Positions 57,629-64,000 of a stretch of 64,000 nt of DNA are shown in pieces. The stretch spans positions 43,914-107,913 of the forward strand of contig CAVYQA010000015.1 of assembly GCA_963770495.1 (NCBI GenBank), written 5' to 3'. A program made the position numbers and the translations under genes. Origin of the DNA: Chitinophagales bacterium. GTDB taxonomy: Bacteria > Bacteroidota > Bacteroidia > Chitinophagales > CAVYQA01. Numbering within the stretch: position 1 is the first letter of the stretch; each line of letters begins with the position of its first letter. Below the pieces are notes generated by a model. The model did not search any database. It had not been told where the DNA came from and saw nothing but the letters and a program-made list of their open reading frames with translations.

Positions 57629-59026
57629 TCACCAGCTTTGTTTCGGCAATATTTTCCCCCCTCCTATAAATTTAAACGGTCTGTCGCCACGGCGGAAATT
57701 CTCAAATTCCGAGTTAAAAATTCTTGTGATGGCATAATCGAGGCAATCGCTTAAATGCCCCCATTCCTGGTAGGAGATTCCCGTTTTGGTGTCTTTTATA
57801 GTTACTTTCAATTTGGTATCATCTTCGGCCTGTTTTACATTTTGCAAATCGAGGATGGTGTTTTTGCAATTTTCGCCAATGACAATTTCAATGCCACCGG
57901 TTTGGTTACAAAATATATTATTGATGAATTGTCCGCGCATGAACACCGGAGGGTTGGATGGCGGCACTCTCAACTGTGGTTTGTAATTGCTTAAGCCGGT
58001 TTGAATCAAACGGTAAAGGTCGTAGCCGCTTTCTGTTCTCACAGTTTGTTTCTGGCTGGTGGCATCGCCGGTAATTAATAACCCGCTTTGGTGGTATGGA
58101 TACCTCCTGGAAAATTCGCTTATCATATCTCTTATGGTATTTTTAGGCGGTTTCATACATAACTCATCAAACTGCACGGCTTTTTTGCCATATACCTGCC
58201 ACAGCGATGCGGCAAAATAAGGATGCACATTTTCATCAAAGCTTAACCAGATGGGTAACTTCGGATTGTAAACAATGGGCTTAACATGTTTTTCAATATT
58301 GAATTCTTTATAAAACTCCACGCCGGTTTTTAATAGTAAATCCCAATCGCCTTCAACAAATACCTGGTATTCATAGCGGGGCATGTTCTTTAAATTCTGT
58401 TTGTATTTTTCGGGTATGTAAGGATTATCGGTAATTTTTGCGGGAATATATGACCACCGTTTATTCAATTCCTTCTTTTTCCAGAGGTCATAAAATTTTT
58501 CTTTCACCCAGTTTTGCGAAGGGTTGCAGGTGCAGATGACCAGCGGCGGCGGGTCGGAATCTATAATATGCGACCCCGCGCGCTCAATGGCTTTGTAAAA
58601 CGATTTTTCCTGCAGCTCATTTACTTCCTCCAGCAAAAAACCGTTCACTTCCAGTCCGCGCCAGCGGTTCAACTCTTTATCGCGGGCATAATTTTCTCCG
58701 AAGAAAATAAGTTGTGAGCCGTTCTTAAATGTAACCGTATTGGTATTCCGGTTAAACGACACCATAAAACTCTTAGGGCAGATTTTAAAAAACGAAGGTA
58801 TGGTGGTTTGTTTTAATTTCTGCAAATCCGTTCGCACCACTGCCCATTTGCTCTGTTTATACACTTTGCACAAAAAAAGTAGCACACCCAGTGCGCCAAA
58901 TGTTTTTCCGCCGCGTATGGCTCCCCCGTATAAAATAATATCTTTTTCTCCGCTCGTTGCCTGCCTCAGCAGTTCCCTTTGCGGCGGAAAGGGTTTATAA
59001 AGTGGCTTATTTTCTACTGATTCCAA
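57629..59026 (-). CDS. terL: Phage terminase large subunit, intact and orphan
   Basis: Walker A GGAIRGGKT, Walker B FLLEE, coupling motif CTCNP, TDNPY, VEGDW; nuclease acidic residues in SFDEN, TGDA and HLSDCLDY; 465 aa, TTG start. Confidence 0.9.
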   Translation of the reverse strand: MESVENKPLYKPFPPQRELLRQATSGEKDIILYGGAIRGGKTFGALGVLLFLCKVYKQSKWAVVRTDLQKLKQTTIPSFFKICPKSFMVSFNRNTNTVTFKNGSQLIFFGENYARDKELNRWRGLEVNGFLLEEVNELQEKSFYKAIERAGSHIIDSDPPPLVICTCNPSQNWVKEKFYDLWKKKELNKRWSYIPAKITDNPYIPEKYKQNLKNMPRYEYQVFVEGDWDLLLKTGVEFYKEFNIEKHVKPIVYNPKLPIWLSFDENVHPYFAASLWQVYGKKAVQFDELCMKPPKNTIRDMISEFSRRYPYHQSGLLITGDATSQKQTVRTESGYDLYRLIQTGLSNYKPQLRVPPSNPPVFMRGQFINNIFCNQTGGIEIVIGENCKNTILDLQNVKQAEDDTKLKVTIKDTKTGISYQEWGHLSDCLDYAITRIFNSEFENFRRGDRPFKFIGGGKILPKQSW

Positions 59027-59051
59027 AATTTTAACGTTAGCTATCCGGCGT

Positions 59052-59105
59052 CAAAATTATTGGAGGAATAAACGCCTTATCACAAGTTGGGACAAGAAGT
59101 TTTTG
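59052..59105 (-). promoter_or_regulatory. terL promoter: 22-bp box + N24 + -7 box
   Basis: Minus strand CAAAAACTTCTTGTCCCAACTT (59105-59084), 24 nt, TAATTTTG (59059-59052). Confidence 0.75.
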
Positions 59106-59199
59106 GGCGCGGGTGTAGGTAATGGTTTCAAGGTGTGAATGAATATTCAAGAGGAGTAGGCTATTTCTATGGCAAAAATGTACCAATCAAAGCGCAAAA

Positions 59200-59247
59200 A
59201 TGCTAACTATAGTATGTAGCACATGTTGCATACTATAAATAGCTTTG
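59200..59247 (+). promoter_or_regulatory. C-protein double operator and -7 box of the C-R operon
   Basis: ATGCTA-ACTA-TAGTAT (59200-59215) and ATACTA-TAAA-TAGCTT (59230-59245); the second overlaps the -7 box TAGCTTTG (59240-59247). Confidence 0.75.
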
Positions 59248-59260
59248 TTGTTACTAATTT

Positions 59261-59482
59261 ATGATGAACAAAAAGAATATATTAATTGCATTTGGTGAAA
59301 AGGTTCGTGAACTGCGAAAGCAAAAAGGCTTATCGCAAGAGGAACTCTCATTCAAGGCCGACTTACATAGAACTTATATTGGGATGATTGAACGAGCTGA
59401 AAAAAATATTACTCTAACGAACATAGAAAAAATTGCTAATGCATTAGATGTTCACGTTTCAGAACTTCTAAAAAGTAAATGA
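59261..59482 (+). CDS. R-M controller (C) protein, XRE-type HTH
   Basis: FGEKVRELRKQKGLSQEELSFKADLHRTYIGMIERAEKNITL; ATGA overlap with the endonuclease gene; palindromic operators upstream. Confidence 0.88.
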   Translation: MMNKKNILIAFGEKVRELRKQKGLSQEELSFKADLHRTYIGMIERAEKNITLTNIEKIANALDVHVSELLKSK

Positions 59483-60468
59483 CTATGTTACAGACACAAA
59501 GAATGCCATCACTTCCAAAACTTTTAGAGCGAAAAATATATAAGACTGGACAAACAAGAGGAGCTGATGATGATGTGATTTTTCAGAACAGGGTTGCAAG
59601 AAACAGTACAGTACTAATTCCCTACCCCCAGTTTGAAGTTTGGAAACAGGCTCCTGATAATAACGGTATTTATGAAAACAATTTTTTAGTTCTTATTAAG
59701 CCGGAAGATTATTTTAATAACAAAAATATTAAGGAAGAGTTAGTTGAGAAAGGGTTAAGGATTGGAAAGAATGTCTTGTTGTTTTATGAAACGCGTGAGC
59801 AATGGAACGATTTCAACCCAAATAATAAGAGGCTCAAATATGCTGTTTCAAGAACTTCACCACTAAAAGGACATTATGTTGCCCGAGTACCTTCGACTAC
59901 AGCAGAAGGGGATAGAAAAATTCTAAGAGGTTTTACAACGAGCGGAATGAAAGGAGCCGGAATACGAGTTTATGAATACGCAAGCCAGAGTATTAACGAT
60001 CAATGCCGAATACAACTTGAATACGTCTTTTGGTGCTGTGTTGATGCAAAAGAAGTTGTTGAACAACAGGGAATGACAAAAGAAAATATTGAAATAAGAA
60101 AAAAAACTAATATAGAAAAAGCAAAAGAACTAAAACTCGATGATGAAAAAATTCTAAAACATGTTCGGATTTTAAGCGAATTTGGCCATGCAATTTGCCC
60201 GCTTTGCTTAAAACCTTTGTCAGCAAATGGTTTTTTCAATCGCTTAGAACAAGCTGAAGGAAGGGATGTACCTGACCTGACAGTAACCCAATTGAATTTA
60301 TTTCACATCCAGGAATTAAGAATGGGGGAGTTCAATCATCGTCCATATAATTTGGGTTGGGGACACCATCATTGTAATACTGTTACTAAGGATTCAGGAA
60401 TAATTGAAACCTTAAAATGGATGGACGAAATAATTCAGACTAACAAAAAAATGGGTTACAAGTTTTAA
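59479..60468 (+). CDS. Type II restriction endonuclease, HNH-type (BstXI-like by recollection)
   Basis: RKIYKTGQTRG...QNRVARNSTVLIPY N-terminus; CPLC and LFHIQEL...HRPYNLGWGHHHCN beta-beta-alpha-metal motif; between a C gene and a methyltransferase. The family name is unverified. Confidence 0.75.
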   Translation: MTMLQTQRMPSLPKLLERKIYKTGQTRGADDDVIFQNRVARNSTVLIPYPQFEVWKQAPDNNGIYENNFLVLIKPEDYFNNKNIKEELVEKGLRIGKNVLLFYETREQWNDFNPNNKRLKYAVSRTSPLKGHYVARVPSTTAEGDRKILRGFTTSGMKGAGIRVYEYASQSINDQCRIQLEYVFWCCVDAKEVVEQQGMTKENIEIRKKTNIEKAKELKLDDEKILKHVRILSEFGHAICPLCLKPLSANGFFNRLEQAEGRDVPDLTVTQLNLFHIQELRMGEFNHRPYNLGWGHHHCNTVTKDSGIIETLKWMDEIIQTNKKMGYKF

Positions 60469-61583
60469 CCCAGATCAAAGAGTGTATTTGATAGAGAAGT
60501 CATTTGTTTTTTTGTCACTTTCATTATATCGTGCTTTTTCTTTAGTGTTGTAAAGTTTTTAGCAGAATAGTTTTCCAATCTTGTTTTTATTGACTTTACC
60601 CATTTTTCGTCCAATTCAATAGAAATTGTTTTTCTGCCAGTATTCAAAGCAGCAATTGCTGTACTTCCAGAACCAGCAAAACAATCAAGAATGATATCGC
60701 CTTCATAAGTTGCGCTTATAATTGAGTGCTCCAACATATCTATAGGCTTTTCAGCAGGATGTTTTCCATCATAAGGTCTTACGGAACAGAAATTCCAAAC
60801 ATCAGTAAACTCAACAGATGAATTAACATCAAACGGCCTTATTACATCTTCATAAGACGGCATTTGTTTTACTAAGCCTATCGACAAAATCGCTTTACAA
60901 ATTTTTTTGTATTGATCACGACTCGGTATATTTCTACCTGCCTCCCAATTATGGACAGAACCACCATGATTCACTTTTCCGAAAGCACCTACCATTTCAG
61001 TAAGTTGATGACCGGCCAAACCAGAAGCCAATCTAACAGACTTTAAAAAATTACCAAATGATGAATTATTTAAGTTCCCTTTATATGCTGGTTCAGCAAA
61101 AATGATTCTTTCAGAATGGTCATACCATTGTCGTAATGATTCTTTTTTCATTTTTTGTTTCCATCCATCAAAACCAGGATCATTTGGTTTTGTCCAAACA
61201 ATATGGGACAGAATATTAAATTGCTTCATAAGCAACACTTCAATTCTCGCCGCCATTGCCGAGGAACAATAAACATAAATTGACCCATTTGGCTGTAGGA
61301 TACGATACCATTCTTTTGTAAAGTCTTCCATCCACATTAAAAAATCATCATCACTTTCAAAAGCTGTATCGTTCTTAATGTTTTTCTTTTTAGTTGTGTG
61401 GTAAGGAGGATCTGTAAGAATAAGAGAAATACTATGATCTGGAATGTATTTTAGTAATTCCAAAGAATCTCCAGAAATGAGTAATGAATCTGAACTTTCA
61501 AACTCTAACTCACCATTGAATTTTGACCTAATTTTTTTGAATGAAGCTTCTCTATTTTTCAAATATTCATCTAAAGTTGTCAT
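60465..61583 (-). CDS. Beta-class N6-A/N4-C DNA methyltransferase with internal HTH-like insert
   Basis: Motif IV TDPPY precedes HPAEKP and motif I DCFAGSGST; convergent with the endonuclease (4-nt overlap). Confidence 0.92.
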   Translation of the reverse strand: MTTLDEYLKNREASFKKIRSKFNGELEFESSDSLLISGDSLELLKYIPDHSISLILTDPPYHTTKKKNIKNDTAFESDDDFLMWMEDFTKEWYRILQPNGSIYVYCSSAMAARIEVLLMKQFNILSHIVWTKPNDPGFDGWKQKMKKESLRQWYDHSERIIFAEPAYKGNLNNSSFGNFLKSVRLASGLAGHQLTEMVGAFGKVNHGGSVHNWEAGRNIPSRDQYKKICKAILSIGLVKQMPSYEDVIRPFDVNSSVEFTDVWNFCSVRPYDGKHPAEKPIDMLEHSIISATYEGDIILDCFAGSGSTAIAALNTGRKTISIELDEKWVKSIKTRLENYSAKNFTTLKKKHDIMKVTKKQMTSLSNTLFDLG

Positions 61584-61590
61584 TTTTCAC

Positions 61591-61615
61591 TTGCTAATTA
61601 TAGTATGCAAATCTA
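61591..61615 (-). promoter_or_regulatory. C-box over the methyltransferase transcription start, plus -7 box
   Basis: TTGCTA-ATTA-TAGTAT (61591-61606) matches the C-R operators; TAGATTTG -7 box on the minus strand at 61615-61608. Confidence 0.72.
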
Positions 61616-61689
61616 TAAACTCATTTAATATTAAACAACACTTTTGCTAAAAAATTATTCACCTTATATTCATTATAATATAACCCGCC

Positions 61690-61710
61690 GTGCGGAGCCA
61701 CACTCCGCAC
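61690..61710. repeat. GC-rich hairpin in the M-terS intergenic region
   Basis: GTGCGGAG-CCACA-CTCCGCAC, perfect 8-bp stem. Confidence 0.6.
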
Positions 61711-61853
61711 TCATATAGCAGCATGCACCCCAAATAAACCTAAAATAATAATATATAATAAATTAATTATCAACCTCACTTTTTCATTCTTGACAAGAAC
61801 TGACAAGAAAAAAATGGGGTAAAAAAACCACAAGGTTTAGTAAGCACGTAGCT

Positions 61854-61964
61854 CTCCTCCTGTTTTTAGGAGGAGGCTGCGCAATGAGCGGAGGTGAGGA
61901 GGTAAATAATAAAAACCTCCCGGCAACCCGCAAAGCTCTGTCCCCTCCTAAAAACAGGAGGGGA
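61854..61964. repeat. Inverted REP doublet (REPIN-like)
   Basis: CTCCTCCT-GTTTTT-AGGAGGAG (61854-61875) and its inverted partner TCCCCTCCT-AAAAAC-AGGAGGGGA (61941-61964). Confidence 0.75.
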
Positions 61965-61978
61965 GTTAAAAGGCGCAG

Positions 61979-62032
61979 CAAAAACTTCCTGTCCCAACTT
62001 CTTAAACCGCTCTCACTCCCGCTCTAATTTTG
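61979..62032 (+). promoter_or_regulatory. terS promoter: 22-bp box + N24 + -7 box
   Basis: CAAAAACTTCCTGTCCCAACTT (61979-62000), 24 nt, TAATTTTG (62025-62032); 21/22 identical to the terL box with the same spacing. Confidence 0.75.
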
Positions 62033-62053
62033 TTTCATAAAAAATATAAACGT

Positions 62054-62437
62054 ATGAATCAAAATGACAATCAAACGCACAAGCTCACTGATGAGCAATT
62101 TGTAGCCATCTACACAGAAAACGGCGGACTGCCTTCTAAAACCGCCAAAGCCATAGAGGCAAAGTATAAAATAAAATTTTCGCGCCAGGCGGTGCGCGAG
62201 CGCGCCAAAAAATTTCCCGATATAGTATTTGAATGCCGCGATGAATTAGTTGAAATGGCAGAAGACAATTTAAGGCATTTGCTTAACTGTGACGACCTGG
62301 AAGTAAAGCGCAAAACCACTATTTATGTATTAAACACACTCGGCAGGGCAAGCGGCTATGGCAAAACCACCGTTACCCATGAACCCGCCAAACCCGAAGA
62401 GTATTTTGAAATTGACGGTAAAAAATTTATTTTTTAA
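62054..62437 (+). CDS. Probable terminase small subunit-like protein
   Basis: 127 aa; N-terminal HTH-like segment (KFSRQAVRERAKK), helical middle (ELVEMAEDNLRHLL...TIYVLNTLGRASGY), beta-strand tail (YFEIDGKKFIF); shares its promoter with terL. The TerS identity is an inference. Confidence 0.55.
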   Translation: MNQNDNQTHKLTDEQFVAIYTENGGLPSKTAKAIEAKYKIKFSRQAVRERAKKFPDIVFECRDELVEMAEDNLRHLLNCDDLEVKRKTTIYVLNTLGRASGYGKTTVTHEPAKPEEYFEIDGKKFIF

Positions 62438-62474
62438 TTATTGTCTTATATCGTTCTTTGAAATTTATTTATTT

Positions 62475-62595
62475 ATTCCCTTCTTCACCAAAAGTGGAGT
62501 GGGGCAGGTGCTGGTGGCGAGATAGATTTTCGGCTAAAGCCGTTTCTTTTATTATTTGTATCCACGACCTGAAGGTCGTGGCAATTCCCTGAAGG
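62475..62595. repeat. Cluster of REP-like hairpins
   Basis: Degenerate copy of the 57527 hairpin, CGGCTAAAGCCG (62531-62542) and CCACGACC-TGAA-GGTCGTGG (62562-62581). Confidence 0.6.
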
Positions 62596-62604
62596 GTTTA
62601 ATTT

Positions 62605-63084
62605 CTAAAAAGTATACCTTACCCCCAAGCCGCCCCATCCCCCATAAAATATATCGCCGGTATTGAGAAAACTAAATGACGGTTGCCAATCAATACTGAT
62701 GTCTATGGGAGCGCCGGTAAATTTATAATCTAATCCCAGCACGCCGTCAATTCCAACATCGGTATAGTTATCGCCAGGCACGTCGCCGGGATGGTGGTTT
62801 GCTACGCCGATATGGGCGCCCGGTCCAATATAAAATTTTAATCCCGGTGCTCCCGGTATGTCAAAATTAAATTCGTAAAGACCGGTAAAACGAAAACCAT
62901 TATTCCAAAAATATCCAATCCCCTCCAGCGAGGTATTGGGAGCTATAAAATGTTTTACAGTAATGCCGAGCGGGAAAAACTTCAAACCAAGAGCTGTGCT
63001 GTACGTACTGCCCAAGCTTTGGGCTTTACTTTGAAAGCTTATAACAGAGAACACGATACATAAATAACAGACCAGTTTTTTCAT
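62605..63084 (-). CDS. Small outer-membrane beta-barrel protein
   Basis: Signal peptide, YSTALGLK, GIDGVLGLDYKF, PIDISIDWQP, GLGVRYTF with terminal Phe. Confidence 0.8.
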   Translation of the reverse strand: MKKLVCYLCIVFSVISFQSKAQSLGSTYSTALGLKFFPLGITVKHFIAPNTSLEGIGYFWNNGFRFTGLYEFNFDIPGAPGLKFYIGPGAHIGVANHHPGDVPGDNYTDVGIDGVLGLDYKFTGAPIDISIDWQPSFSFLNTGDIFYGGWGGLGVRYTF

Positions 63085-63238
63085 ACAATAAGATTTGGTT
63101 AAAAATAACATTACAAAGAGCAAGCCAAACCGCGTTTTTTACTTTAAAAAAATGCGTAAAATCATTATTTTTCATGATGATAATCATATTTTATTCCACG
63201 TATCAATTTCAATTTTACGCCCATAAACTTTAAACACT

Positions 63239-63469
63239 ATGAAAATAAATATTGGGAAATTCGACAGGATGTTAAGACTTGCAGTTGCAATTGAAATTGT
63301 AGTCTTATTTTTTTACGGTTTTATAGGCGGTGTTGCTGCCGATATTTTATTGGTAATGGCAGCTTTTTTAGCTGTTACCGCTTTTTTGGGTGCAAGCCCG
63401 GTTTACACACTGCTTAAAATTACTACAAGACCGAAAAACGAAGACGGGTATAAAAAACAGGCACGATAA
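63239..63469 (+). CDS. DUF2892 (YgaP-like) membrane protein
   Basis: MKINIGKFDRMLRL start, two TM segments, SPVYTLLKITT (usually CPLY). Confidence 0.8.
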   Translation: MKINIGKFDRMLRLAVAIEIVVLFFYGFIGGVAADILLVMAAFLAVTAFLGASPVYTLLKITTRPKNEDGYKKQAR

Positions 63470-63517
63470 AAAATTTTAGCCGAATTTTCGACAAGTTCTG
63501 ACAAGTTTCACCGGAGG

Positions 63518-64000
63518 TCAGGGTATAACAATTGTTTTAGATGTCACACCGTAAGCGCTAAAATAACCTAAAGCGCCGTTGCTGATATTAGAAGTGGGAT
63601 TTGCGGGCGCAGTATTAAATCCTTCACCATTTGCATTGATGAGTGTGCTATAATAATTGAACATGTTCTCATCAATGTTTTCCAATAGAATAGTAACAGA
63701 GTCTCCTGCTTTAAGGCTGTCACGCGAGATTCTTAAGGGGAAAATGATTGTTTGCCCGTCCTGTAATTCATCATTGGTTACAAAAATCCGGGATTGTTGA
63801 ATGTGATTTATAAGCTCAACAAAATGATAATAATTAGCAATGCCTGCGGGGTCTTTAAATTGTACATTTATCACGGTATCTCTTCCAAAAGGTCCCTTTC
63901 CCAAGAGTAAGTGTATCAATATTAACAGGAGATGACATGGTAGAAGTTGCCGAATAGTTTTTTCCGTTGGCTGTAATTGAGAGTGTATATGTTCTGCCCG
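63518..64000 (-). CDS. DUF4249-like protein, N-terminus beyond the window (one +1 indel near 63896)
   Basis: GRTYTLSITANGKNYSA upstream joins FKDPAGIANYY...PANPTSNISNGALGYFSAY after removing one base. Confidence 0.8.
   Translation of the reverse strand, partial: RAEHIHSQLQPTEKTIRQLLPCHLLLILIHLLLGKGPFGRDTVINVQFKDPAGIANYYHFVELINHIQQSRIFVTNDELQDGQTIIFPLRISRDSLKAGDSVTILLENIDENMFNYYSTLINANGEGFNTAPANPTSNISNGALGYFSAYGVTSKTIVIP

Noticed and set aside
57314-57754. 146-aa track ORF on the + strand
   Set aside because: F/S/L-rich translation of AT-rich DNA containing REP hairpins, overlapping the terL 3' end in antisense; no motif.
61784-61981. 65-aa minus-strand ORF in the M-terS gap
   Set aside because: It is the translation of the REP doublet, with no coding features.
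57400-62600. Intact prophage or phage satellite
   Set aside because: No integrase, portal, capsid, tail, replication or lysis genes and no att direct repeats found; only the terminase pair is phage-like.

Overview
This is a chromosomal segment of a Bacteroidota bacterium (TAnnTTTG promoters, T9SS C-terminal domains, D-S/T-hydrophobic glycosylation sequons). It is mostly housekeeping genes: ribD, acs, rlmI-like, tnaA, nadAB, a fabH paralog, an spt-cerS-cerR-like ceramide operon, tRNA-Val, aquaporin, peroxiredoxin, tamB, prmC, tonB, clpS and tag. There are three accessory elements. (1) Two giant signal-peptide-bearing, tail-fibre-like repeat proteins (about 3,000 aa at 11.8-20.8 kb and about 3,450 aa at 31.2-41.5 kb) share an 82%-identical N-terminal module and have no recognisable export or anchor domain. 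(2) A DUF433/DUF5615 toxin-antitoxin pair. (3) A 57.4-62.6 kb island holds an intact phage terminase large subunit and a probable small subunit pointing away from each other on either side of a complete C-R-M restriction-modification cassette. The two terminase genes carry near-identical twin promoters (22-bp box, 24-nt spacer, TAATTTTG), and no portal, capsid or integrase gene is in the window. This is the best candidate for an undescribed system (a domesticated, co-regulated DNA-packaging module). I found 17 single-gene indels; 14 sit in or directly beside just two motifs (CAGCKG, GGWCC), so they look like methylation-linked long-read errors rather than true pseudogenes. All family names come from motif recognition by eye; no database search was run.
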